Shown piece by piece: positions 48,966 to 57,938 of a stretch of 64,000 bases of DNA (positions are counted from its first letter, which is position 1; every line of letters begins with the position of its first letter). The notes beneath the pieces are model-generated. The model had not been told where the DNA came from, searched no databases, and saw only the letters and a program-made list of their open reading frames with translations. A program made the position numbers and the translations under genes. Where the stretch lies: the NCBI GenBank assembly GCA_051859245.1, contig JBHYGA010000001.1, forward strand, positions 800,001-864,000. The letters are read 5' to 3'. This stretch comes from Gemmatimonadaceae bacterium (GTDB taxonomy: Bacteria; Gemmatimonadota; Gemmatimonadetes; Gemmatimonadales; Gemmatimonadaceae).

Positions 48966-49925
48966 ATGCTACGTCGCTTTCTTTGCGCATTGCTGCTGCT
49001 CGCGCCGCTGAGTCTCGCCGCGCAGGAGCCAACTGCCACCGCCCCTGCCGCTGAGCAGGCTGCTGGTGATTCGCATTCGTCGTCGGGGCCGGTGGATTTC
49101 ATCACGCCGCACATCACCGACGCATCGTACCTCGAGCTCCCGTACTGGAAAGCGCCGTTTCACACGTATGTGGAACTGCCCAAGATCCCGCCGGTGCACA
49201 TCGGTCCGCTGACCATCGACTTCTCGCCCACCAAGCACGTCGTCATGATGCTGGTCGCGGCCACGATTCTTTCGCTGGTGCTGATCATTGCGGCCAACGC
49301 GAGCAAGCGTGATCACGCTACCGAAGGTCGAAGCAAGGGCTTTGGCGGCGCGATTGAAGCGCTGGCGCTGTACCTGCGCAACGAAGTAGTGCTGCCCAAT
49401 GTGGGTCATCACGGCGAGAAGTACGTGCCGTTTGCGCTCACGTTGTTCTTCTTCATTCTGTTCATGAACCTGCTCGGGATGATTCCGTTTGGCGCCACCG
49501 CCACCGGCAACATCTCCGTGACGGCCACGCTCGCGATCATCACGTTCATCATGGTGGAAGCGGCCGGCATTCGCGCCAACGGTGCAGGCTATCTGAGCAC
49601 GATGTTCTACTGGAACAATGATCTGCCGGCGGCCATGCGCCCACTCATGTTTCTGATCATGAGCCCGGTGGAAATGCTCGGCAAGCTCACCAAGCCGTTC
49701 GCGCTCGCGATCCGTTTGTTTGCGAACATGACGGCTGGACACATCGTGCTGCTGGCGCTTATCGGCCTGGTGTTCTCCTTCCAGAGCTGGTTGCTCACAC
49801 CACTGCCGTTGTTTATGGCGCTGGCGATTTCCGTACTTGAGTTGTTCGTGGCGTTTTTGCAGGCGTTCATTTTCACGCTGCTCGCCAGCGTGTTCATCGG
49901 ACAGATCCGCGAAGCGCACCATTAA
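48966..49925 (+). CDS. atpB: F0 ATP synthase subunit a
   Basis: NLLGMIP, TATGNI, KPFALAIRLFANMTAGH (essential Arg), LQAFIF. Start set at ATG 48966. Confidence 0.96.
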   Translation: MLRRFLCALLLLAPLSLAAQEPTATAPAAEQAAGDSHSSSGPVDFITPHITDASYLELPYWKAPFHTYVELPKIPPVHIGPLTIDFSPTKHVVMMLVAATILSLVLIIAANASKRDHATEGRSKGFGGAIEALALYLRNEVVLPNVGHHGEKYVPFALTLFFFILFMNLLGMIPFGATATGNISVTATLAIITFIMVEAAGIRANGAGYLSTMFYWNNDLPAAMRPLMFLIMSPVEMLGKLTKPFALAIRLFANMTAGHIVLLALIGLVFSFQSWLLTPLPLFMALAISVLELFVAFLQAFIFTLLASVFIGQIREAHH

Positions 49926-49949
49926 TCCGTGTGTAGTTCAGCTGACTCG

Positions 49950-50052
49950 GTGCTCCCCGATTCAGTGATTCCGTACCCGATCGAGCGATCGGGGAATGTT
50001 CACGGAGCTTCGGCTCACCTGTGAACACCGTGTTTTCGAACACGTGGAGCAC
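49950..50052 (+). ncRNA. Candidate cis-acting multi-stem RNA between atpB and atpE
   Basis: Closing stem GTGCTCC/GGAGCAC around three hairpins, two capped by UUCG tetraloops. Confidence 0.6.
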
Positions 50053-50084
50053 GCATTCTCCAACTTTTCTTTCGAGAGTTTCTC

Positions 50085-50363
50085 ATGATTGAAGTGCTCG
50101 CGCTCCTGCAGGACACGATGGGTGGTTCGGATCCTCGCGGTCTCGTCGCCATTGGCGCCGGCATCGCTGCTGGTGGTGCCGTGATCGGCGCCGGCATGGG
50201 CATCGGCCGCATCGGTGGTTCAGCGGTGGAAGGCATGGCGCGTCAGCCGGAAGCGGCCGGTCGCATCCAGACGGCAGCGCTCATTCTTGCCGCCCTGATC
50301 GAAGGCGCCGCGCTGTTCGGCGTCGTGATCGGCTTCCAGCTCCAGGGCAAGATCACGTTCTAA
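50085..50363 (+). CDS. atpE: F0 ATP synthase subunit c (probably H+-coupled)
   Basis: GAGMGIG, RQPE loop, LIEGA. No Q...ES/T sodium signature. Confidence 0.97.
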   Translation: MIEVLALLQDTMGGSDPRGLVAIGAGIAAGGAVIGAGMGIGRIGGSAVEGMARQPEAAGRIQTAALILAALIEGAALFGVVIGFQLQGKITF

Positions 50364-50435
50364 CGTGATCCGGTGTCGGGGATGCGAATGCGTCCCCGAC
50401 CTGTGCACCCTTTCCTGAACCTACGGATCAGATTC

Positions 50436-51056
50436 ATGCGCCTCGCTTTGTCGCGCACTGCAGTGTTCGCCCGCAGCGCCGCCGTGCTTACGATGGCCAC
50501 ACTCATCCCCACCGCGTCAGCGTTCGCTGCGCCGGAAGGAGAAGGTGGACCCGTCAACCTGTTGGAGCCGAACGCCGGCCTGATGGTGTGGACGCTCGTC
50601 GTGTTCATCGGCCTGATGTGGGTGCTCAAGAAGTTTGCGTTCAAGCCGCTGTTCGCTGCGGTCGAAGAGCGCGAAAAGGCGCTCTCTGATGCCATCGAAG
50701 GCGCAAAGCGTGATCGTGATGCCGCCGCCGCACTGTTGGCCGAGCAGAAGGCGTTGCTCGACTCTGGTCGTGGTCAGGCGCAGCAGATCATTGCCGACGG
50801 TCGCGCGGTCGCTGACAAAATGCGCAACGACATGCTCGAAGAAACGCGCAAGCAGCAGAGCGAAATGCTCGAGCAGGCGCGTCGGGACATCGAAGCCGAA
50901 GCAGCCAAGGCCATTGCCGAACTGCGTCGCGAAGCGGTGGACCTCGCCATTGCCGGTGCCGGCAAGGTGATCGAGCAGAACCTCGACAGCGCGGGCAATC
51001 GCAAGATTGTCGAACAGTTTCTCGCGTCGATTGAAGCGCCCAAGGGTCGCCGCTGA
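50436..51056 (+). CDS. atpF: F0 ATP synthase subunit b
   Basis: WTLVVFIGLMWVLKKFAFKPL..EERE, coiled coil. Start uncertain. Confidence 0.93.
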   Translation: MRLALSRTAVFARSAAVLTMATLIPTASAFAAPEGEGGPVNLLEPNAGLMVWTLVVFIGLMWVLKKFAFKPLFAAVEEREKALSDAIEGAKRDRDAAAALLAEQKALLDSGRGQAQQIIADGRAVADKMRNDMLEETRKQQSEMLEQARRDIEAEAAKAIAELRREAVDLAIAGAGKVIEQNLDSAGNRKIVEQFLASIEAPKGRR

Positions 51057-51610
51057 TGAGTGTGCAAGGTTCGACCGCTGGTCGTAACTACGCCGAAGCG
51101 CTGCTGACGCTGGCGCGGAAAGCTGGTGATGCCGAGGGGTGGGGCAGGTTGGTGCGTCAGATCGGTGATGCGATCGATTCGGACATCAAACTGCGTCATT
51201 TCCTTGAATCACCGCGCATTACGGCCACGGAAAAAATGGGCGTGCTGGAAAAGGCGCTCGGTGATCGTGTTCCGCACGTGATGCTGCGCTGGTTGCAGGC
51301 CGTGGCCCGCAACCGTCGCCTCATGCTGCTGCCCACGATTGCCATTGAGTACGACACGCTGCTCGACGAATCTGCGAACCGTGTGCACGCCAAGCTCACC
51401 TTTGCCAGCGCACCGGCCGAGGGTGATGCGGACAGCATTGCGTCGCGTCTTTCGGCCGTGCTCGGCAAGACGGTGGTACCGCACGTGAACATCGATCCGG
51501 CTGTGATGGGCGGCGTGGTGATTCGCGTGGGTGATACGATCATGGACGGCTCGGTGCGTCGTCGCATGCAGGTGATGCGTCGTCGGATGTCGGGATTGTC
51601 CGGACGGTAA
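51056..51610 (+). CDS. atpH: F1 ATP synthase subunit delta
   Basis: NYAEAL, IDPAVMGGVVIRVGDTIMDGS. Confidence 0.95.
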   Translation: MSVQGSTAGRNYAEALLTLARKAGDAEGWGRLVRQIGDAIDSDIKLRHFLESPRITATEKMGVLEKALGDRVPHVMLRWLQAVARNRRLMLLPTIAIEYDTLLDESANRVHAKLTFASAPAEGDADSIASRLSAVLGKTVVPHVNIDPAVMGGVVIRVGDTIMDGSVRRRMQVMRRRMSGLSGR

Positions 51611-51693
51611 ACACCGGTGGCGCCTCCCGCGCCAATCAGGGGTATGAACGGGCGTGGTCGCATTTTGCGATCGCGCCCTTCATCGTTCCTGAC

Positions 51694-53811
51694 ATGCACA
51701 CATTCACAGTTGTTCGCGTCCAATCCTCCCGCGGTCTTTCGCTCACGCTCCTGATGGCGGCGCTCGTATTGACCGCCTGTGGGCGAACTCCTGGCGCGCG
51801 CACGGCGCCGCCGGTCGCGCCAACAACCGTCTCGGGTGTGCTGCCGGCTGATCCGCCCATTCCGCTCACGCCCGCCACGTCGCCCGCCAACGGCGACACC
51901 ACGGGATACTGGCAGCAGCGCGCCGATTACACCGTCATCGCATCGCTCGATGACGCGCGCGGCGTGGTATCGGCGCAGGGCACGCTGCGCTACACCAACA
52001 ACAGTCCCGATACACTGCGCGAACTGTGGATGCATCAACACCTGAATGCCTTTCGTCCGGGCTCGCGGTGGAGTGCAACCGACGTGCGCGAAGGACGGGT
52101 GCGATTTCAGCAGCTGGCCGAGCCCAACTTGGCGTACGAGCGATTCACGCGCGCGCCACGTGTGAATGGTCAGCCGCTGCGCGTCACGTATCCGTTGAGC
52201 CCGGATAGCACGGTGGTGCACGTGCAGTTGTCGAGACCACTGCCGCCCGGCCAGAACGTGAGCGTTGAGCTCGCGTGGGAAGCGCGCGCGAGCACACTGC
52301 CGCGTCGCCAGGGACGACGCGGTCGCAGCGTCGACATGGCGCAGTGGTATCCGAAAGTTGCCGTGTACGATCGGCACGGATGGAAGCCGAATGCACTCGT
52401 GCCAGCGGGCGAGTTTTACGGTGAGTTTGGCACGTTCGATGTCTCCCTGATTGTGGCCGACGATCAGGTGATCGGTTCGACCGGTGTGCCGGTCGGTGGT
52501 GATCCTGGATGGGCGCGTGTTGCCGCACCGGGGCAGACCCCCATGCTGCACGCCAACGCATACAGCAATGTGCCGGAAGGGCCGATGATCAAACTGTCGG
52601 CCGGACAGCGCATGGTGCGCTTTTACGCGCGTGATGTACACCACTTTGCGTGGAGTGCGTCACCTGGATTCCGGTATGAGGGCGGGACGTATGTACGCGC
52701 GGTCGCGCCGGGTACCTATGCGTTTCGCATCTGGGATACCGTGCCGGTTCACGTACTGTATCGAGGGGACGCTGACGCGGACTGCGCGCAGGCGAACGAA
52801 AGCGTTGCCGCCGCAGGGCGTGCACAAGCCGTGGCGAACTGCATCAACAGTTCACGCACGCAGTGGGAGAACGGTCGGGCCCTCGCATTTGGGCTCGAAA
52901 CGCTGCGCTGGCTTGAGCAGGTGTTCGGTGCGTACGCGTATCCACAGCTCACGATTCTCAAGCGTCTCGATGGTGGTGGTACCGAGTTCCCCATGATGAT
53001 GCAGAACGGATCCGCGTCGCAGGGACTCACCACGCACGAGGGTGGGCATATCTACGCGTACGGCATGCTCGGCAGTAACGAATGGCAGTCGGGTTGGATG
53101 GACGAAGGCCTCACTTCGTATCAGACCAGCATGCAAACAGGCACTACGCGCGCGGCCGTGAGTGCAGCACTCGAAGCGAGTAATCCGGCGCATCCCGATT
53201 CCATTCGCGATGCCGCGCTCGCGTCGCGCGCCCTCTCACTCCGCAATGCCGCTCGCACGCGCAACACTGCCGTGCAGTCGAACAATGCGGAACCCATCGG
53301 TACGCGCGCTGATCTGTTTCGCAACTTTACGATGTACAACGGCATGGTGTACGGGCGCGCTGCTGCCATGTATGAAGCGTTGCACGACGCGATGGGCGAC
53401 GCGGCCTTTCGGGCGTTCTTGCGCGACTACTACGCGCGCTGGGCGTTTCGTCACGTCGACAAATGGGCCATGCAGGCAAGCGCCGAACGGGCGGCGGGTT
53501 CGTCGCTTGACTGGTTCTTCTCGCAGTGGATCAACACCACCGGCGTTGTGGATTACGTGCTGCGAGACGCACGCACGGAACGCGCATCGGGCGGATGGCG
53601 AACAACGGTGGTGCTTGAGCGAGTGGGCGCGTACCGACATCCCATGCCGGTGTCGGTGCGAACACCGAGCGGTTGGACCACCGTGCGTGGAGACGCAACA
53701 CGCGATGCACAAACGCTGACGTTCGTGACGAGCGAACAACCCACGCACGTGTGGTTGGATGCGTTCGGCGCCACCGACGTGTTGAGTCGCAGGGCCATCG
53801 CTTTGCCGTAG
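51694..53811 (+). CDS. M1 family metallopeptidase, lipoprotein
   Basis: Lipobox LTA|C, YWQQRADY, GGTEFP, HEGGH-X18-E (WMDEG). Confidence 0.9.
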   Translation: MHTFTVVRVQSSRGLSLTLLMAALVLTACGRTPGARTAPPVAPTTVSGVLPADPPIPLTPATSPANGDTTGYWQQRADYTVIASLDDARGVVSAQGTLRYTNNSPDTLRELWMHQHLNAFRPGSRWSATDVREGRVRFQQLAEPNLAYERFTRAPRVNGQPLRVTYPLSPDSTVVHVQLSRPLPPGQNVSVELAWEARASTLPRRQGRRGRSVDMAQWYPKVAVYDRHGWKPNALVPAGEFYGEFGTFDVSLIVADDQVIGSTGVPVGGDPGWARVAAPGQTPMLHANAYSNVPEGPMIKLSAGQRMVRFYARDVHHFAWSASPGFRYEGGTYVRAVAPGTYAFRIWDTVPVHVLYRGDADADCAQANESVAAAGRAQAVANCINSSRTQWENGRALAFGLETLRWLEQVFGAYAYPQLTILKRLDGGGTEFPMMMQNGSASQGLTTHEGGHIYAYGMLGSNEWQSGWMDEGLTSYQTSMQTGTTRAAVSAALEASNPAHPDSIRDAALASRALSLRNAARTRNTAVQSNNAEPIGTRADLFRNFTMYNGMVYGRAAAMYEALHDAMGDAAFRAFLRDYYARWAFRHVDKWAMQASAERAAGSSLDWFFSQWINTTGVVDYVLRDARTERASGGWRTTVVLERVGAYRHPMPVSVRTPSGWTTVRGDATRDAQTLTFVTSEQPTHVWLDAFGATDVLSRRAIALP

Positions 53812-54055
53812 GCTACGTAGCGGCATTCACGTTCAAAGCTAGCTCAAACATTGCCAAACGTGATTAAGCGCACGCGCGTGATGTGCGCTGCGTCGTCGAC
53901 TACATGCATCGCGCATGTCGCGGCGAGCACACACCCGCAGCGCTCCCGCAGTGAACACTCGTTGCGCACGCTCGCCGCGAACGCGTTGTGTGCGCGCAGG
54001 ATACAGCGACCTCTGCTGGAAGATCACATTGTGATCCCGGATCACATGCGCCGTT

Positions 54056-54070
54056 CGGCACAGAGTATGC
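54056..54070 (+). promoter_or_regulatory. Sigma54-like promoter upstream of the PEP-CTERM gene
   Basis: CGGCAC-AGAGT-ATGC has GG and GC at correct -24/-12 spacing, about 55 nt before ATG. Confidence 0.55.
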
Positions 54071-54123
54071 GCATCACGTTCACACTCCTGCAGGACATTC
54101 GTTCCCTTCACGCCGAGTGTGAA

Positions 54124-54861
54124 ATGAGACGAAGGTACTTTCTGGCAGTGCTCGCCACGGGCGTTGTGCTGGCCGCGCCACCAGCCATGCACGCGCAAAC
54201 CAACACCTACTCCAATGGCGTTGAGTACATCACGCCGGAACTCACGGGGTTCGCCACCACCGGTGCGCTGATGGAGGACATGCTGGTCACGTGGACCTTT
54301 GCCGGCGGCGGAACCAGCTTTGCCTCGTGGGGAGACCTTGGTGGCGGCGTCTGGGGTGTCAGCGTCGACGGCTTCGAAATCACGCTCGGTGAAGACGACG
54401 ACACGTATACGTCCGTCTGGTCACTGGCCAATAACACGAACAATCGCCTGAGCTCGGTTCGCTTCAATGGCGCACCGGGACGCACGTTGTTCGATTGTGG
54501 CTGGACGGGCACGGAGTGCACTACACTCGGTGACGAAATCGGAACGGAAGGGTCGGCGCTTGGCTTCTCGCTGTTCACTTCGGGCGATTACGCGGGATCC
54601 GTGAGTGGGTTCTATACCAATCGCGTGCGACTCGCGGGCGAATCGGCGGTCGGTGATCTGTTCGAACAGCTCACCATCCAGTTCGATGACATTCTGGGTG
54701 CGCAGGGCACGTACCAATGGTTCGCCGACACGGACAACTCCGGGCTTGACCAGCCGCCGCCACGAGTAGTGCCTGAACCATCCACGGGCCTGTTGACCGT
54801 CGCAGGCGTGATCAGCCTGCTGCTGCTGTCGCGGGGACGAGCTCGGCGCGAGTGGCGATAG
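54124..54861 (+). CDS. PEP-CTERM sorting domain protein
   Basis: Signal peptide (AMHA|Q), C-terminal VPEPST + TM + Arg-rich tail. Confidence 0.92.
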   Translation: MRRRYFLAVLATGVVLAAPPAMHAQTNTYSNGVEYITPELTGFATTGALMEDMLVTWTFAGGGTSFASWGDLGGGVWGVSVDGFEITLGEDDDTYTSVWSLANNTNNRLSSVRFNGAPGRTLFDCGWTGTECTTLGDEIGTEGSALGFSLFTSGDYAGSVSGFYTNRVRLAGESAVGDLFEQLTIQFDDILGAQGTYQWFADTDNSGLDQPPPRVVPEPSTGLLTVAGVISLLLLSRGRARREWR

Positions 54862-55020
54862 CCTCGCTGGTAACAGCCGCTTGCACATGTGGGCCCGGTC
54901 ACCTGATCGGGCCCTCATTGTTTTGACGCCAGCGAACGGTGCGTTAACCTGAGCCATGTTGAATCGTCGTGCTGGGGGCGACTTGTCTGCCTCCTGCCTT
55001 GTTCTCCAATCCCATCCGCT

Positions 55021-55398
55021 ATGAGTGGTCGCGTTCCTGTAACCCGCGTTGAAAAGCCGTGGGGTCACGAGCTCATCTGGGCTCACACTGATCGCTACGT
55101 GGGCAAAGTGCTGCACGTCAAAGCTGGCCACGCGCTCAGTGTGCAGTATCACGAGCGCAAGGACGAGACGGTGCACCTGCTGTCCGGCGAGATGATCTAC
55201 TGGGTCCAGCTCCCCGGCGATACGGAGCTGCGCGATCAGCAGCTGCGCACGGGCGACTCGTTCCGCATTACACCCGGCACGATTCACTACATGGAAGCCA
55301 TCACCGACTGTGACGTGCTTGAGGCGTCCACACCCGAGCTCGACGATGTGGTCCGACTCAAGGATCGGTACGGGCGCGAGGGGACAAGCGCGGCGTAA
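55021..55398 (+). CDS. Cupin domain protein (mannose-6-phosphate isomerase C-terminal-like)
   Basis: VEKPWGHE, LSVQYHERKDET, PGTIH, DDVVRLKDRYGR. Confidence 0.88.
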   Translation: MSGRVPVTRVEKPWGHELIWAHTDRYVGKVLHVKAGHALSVQYHERKDETVHLLSGEMIYWVQLPGDTELRDQQLRTGDSFRITPGTIHYMEAITDCDVLEASTPELDDVVRLKDRYGREGTSAA

Positions 55399-55528
55399 AA
55401 ATTCAGGGGGCAAGAGGGGCGGCGTCGGTTGCTTCGACTGGTTCCCGGCGTGAGATTGCGGCAGTTCGCTCCCCCTCTGCAGGCGCGTTCGCGCGCCTCT
55501 CTCCCGCCGCACCAGAGCCCCGATCGCG

Positions 55529-56524
55529 ATGAAGGTCATTATCCCCCTCGCAGGAAAGGGGACGCGCTTGCGTCCGCACACACACATCACGCCCAAGCCC
55601 ATGCTGAAAGTCGCGGGGCGACCCGTGATGGATTACGTCATGGACGACGTCAAAGCCCTCGGCAACGTCGAGCAGGTGGTCTACATCACGGGCCATCTGA
55701 AAGACAAGGTGGAGGCCTATGCATCACAGGCCTACGGATTGCCGAGCGTGTACATCGAGCAGGCCGTCCAGGACGGTACCGCGGGTGCGGTGGCACTCGC
55801 CAAGCCGTACGTCGATCAGCCGGTCCTGATCATCTTCGTTGACACCATCTTCGACGCCGATCTCTCCATCGTGAACACCACCGATGCCGACGGGATCATC
55901 TGGACCAAGGAGGTCGAAGACTACCAGCGCTTTGGCGTGGTGGTGACCAACGAGGAGGGGCACATGACGCGGATCGTCGAGAAGCCCAAAGATCCGATCT
56001 CAAAACGCGCCAACATCGGGTTGTACTACATCCGCAACTGGAAGCTGCTGTACGAAGGCATTGCCCATGTGTTGAAGTCAGCGCCCAACAAAGGCGAGTG
56101 GTATCTGACCGATGCCTTTCAGTACATGATCGACCACGGCGCGAAAATCAAAGTGGTGGACGTGGACGGCTGGTATGATGCCGGACAGGTGGAGACGTAT
56201 CTCGATACCAATCGCGTGATGCTGGAGAAGGGACGTGCACGCAAACCCGCCATTCTCGGTGAAGGCGCCACGATTGTTGAGCCCGTGTACATCGAAGACG
56301 GCGTCACGATTGCGCATGCAACGGTCGGACCGAACGTCTCTGTGCTGGCGGGCAGTTCGATTACGCACGCCACCGTCTCCGACTGCATTATTGGCGGCAA
56401 TACGAACATCACGCACGCCACGCTCAAACACTCGCTTATTGGCGATCGCGTACACATTGAACATGTGCACGGCACGGCGTCGGTTGGTGATGACGGTGTC
56501 GTGCGGGGCAGTGTGGCGCTGTGA
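55529..56524 (+). CDS. Sugar-phosphate nucleotidyltransferase with LbH C-terminus
   Basis: LAGKGTRLRPHT..PKP, VEKP, GEWYLTDA, hexapeptide repeats. Confidence 0.92.
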   Translation: MKVIIPLAGKGTRLRPHTHITPKPMLKVAGRPVMDYVMDDVKALGNVEQVVYITGHLKDKVEAYASQAYGLPSVYIEQAVQDGTAGAVALAKPYVDQPVLIIFVDTIFDADLSIVNTTDADGIIWTKEVEDYQRFGVVVTNEEGHMTRIVEKPKDPISKRANIGLYYIRNWKLLYEGIAHVLKSAPNKGEWYLTDAFQYMIDHGAKIKVVDVDGWYDAGQVETYLDTNRVMLEKGRARKPAILGEGATIVEPVYIEDGVTIAHATVGPNVSVLAGSSITHATVSDCIIGGNTNITHATLKHSLIGDRVHIEHVHGTASVGDDGVVRGSVAL

Positions 56525-57936
56525 GCGCTGAACAGGAGGGAGCGCATCACGACGCATCGCGCGGCCTTTCGCGTCGTGAGGCGATTGCAGGGTTAGGGGC
56601 GGTAGCCGCGGCCGCGAGTGGTGTGTTCCGCCCGGTTCCGGTCCTTGCGTCAACACCGGCGTGGCGCGCCGATCTGCTCGCACCACCGGTTCCGTCACTG
56701 ACGCAGTCACGCATGCTGGGCGTTCCGTTCAGCAAACACGAAACGGTGCGCCTCGCGGTGATTGGTACGGGACTACGCGGCGCTTCCGTGCTGGGCGAGT
56801 TTCTTGCGGTGGAAGGTGTACGTGTCACCGCGCTGGCCGACATTGTGCCTGAGAAAGCGGCGCGCGCTGCCAAGATGGTGACGGACAAAGGACAGAAGGC
56901 GCCGGCGCTGTTTACCAATGGCGAACGCGATTTTGAGCGACTCTTGCAGCGCGATGATATCGACTTTGTGTACATCGCCACGCCGTGGGAGTGGCATGTG
57001 CCGCAGGCGGTGGCCGCGATGCGTGCGGGTAAACATGTCGGTGTTGAAGTGCCGGCTGCGTTCAGCATCGAAGAGTGCTGGCAACTGGTTGACACATCAG
57101 AGGCCACGCGGCGTCACTGCCTCATGATGGAAAACTGTTGTTATGGCTACAACGAGTTGCTTGTTCTGAACATGGTGCGCGCCGGTGCATTCGGTCAGCT
57201 CAAGCACGCGGAAGCGGCGTACATTCACGATCTGCGTCGCTTACTCTTCGAAGACAAGGATGAAGGCATCTGGCGCCGAGCGCCACACCTTTCGCGTGAC
57301 GGCAACTTGTATCCCACGCACGGACTCGGTCCGGTATCGCAGTATCTCGGTATCAATCGCGGTGATCGATTTGACTACGTGGTCTCCATGAGCACACCGG
57401 AGTTCGGACTCAGCGAGTATCGCGCCGCGAATATCCCGGCCGGCAGTCCCAAATACAACGAGCGGTATCAGTGTGGTGATCTGAATACCTCGCTCATCAA
57501 GACGCAGCAGGGACGCACGATCATGTTGCAACATGACGTGGTGAGTCCGCGGCCGTACGATCGCATCAATATGGTGTCGGGCACAAAAGGCGCGTTTCGC
57601 GACTATCCCGCGCGCGTGTATCTGGAAGGCATGACGGGTGGTGAGCGCTGGAATCCGATCGACGCCGTCAAAGCGCAGTATGAGCACCCGCTGTGGACCA
57701 ACGTTGGCGAACTGGCGCGCAAACTGGGTGGCCATGGTGGCATGGACTTCATCATGTGTTATCGCACCATTCAGTGTATGCGCGAGGGACTGGCTCCCGA
57801 TTTCGATGTGTATGACGCGGCCTCGTGGAGTGCTCCCGGCCCGTTGAGTGAGGCGTCCGTTTCGCAGGGCAGCGCACCGATGCGCTTTCCCGATTTCACG
57901 CGTGGTGCCTGGGCTGGCACCACCAGCACCGGCTGA
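56521..57936 (+). CDS. GH109-like NAD+-dependent alpha-N-acetylgalactosaminidase (Gfo/Idh/MocA fold), Tat-exported
   Basis: SRREAI Tat signal, IGTGLRG, ENCCYG, YPTHGLGP, GGHGGMDF. Confidence 0.85.
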   Translation: MSAEQEGAHHDASRGLSRREAIAGLGAVAAAASGVFRPVPVLASTPAWRADLLAPPVPSLTQSRMLGVPFSKHETVRLAVIGTGLRGASVLGEFLAVEGVRVTALADIVPEKAARAAKMVTDKGQKAPALFTNGERDFERLLQRDDIDFVYIATPWEWHVPQAVAAMRAGKHVGVEVPAAFSIEECWQLVDTSEATRRHCLMMENCCYGYNELLVLNMVRAGAFGQLKHAEAAYIHDLRRLLFEDKDEGIWRRAPHLSRDGNLYPTHGLGPVSQYLGINRGDRFDYVVSMSTPEFGLSEYRAANIPAGSPKYNERYQCGDLNTSLIKTQQGRTIMLQHDVVSPRPYDRINMVSGTKGAFRDYPARVYLEGMTGGERWNPIDAVKAQYEHPLWTNVGELARKLGGHGGMDFIMCYRTIQCMREGLAPDFDVYDAASWSAPGPLSEASVSQGSAPMRFPDFTRGAWAGTTSTG

Positions 57937-57938
57937 CC

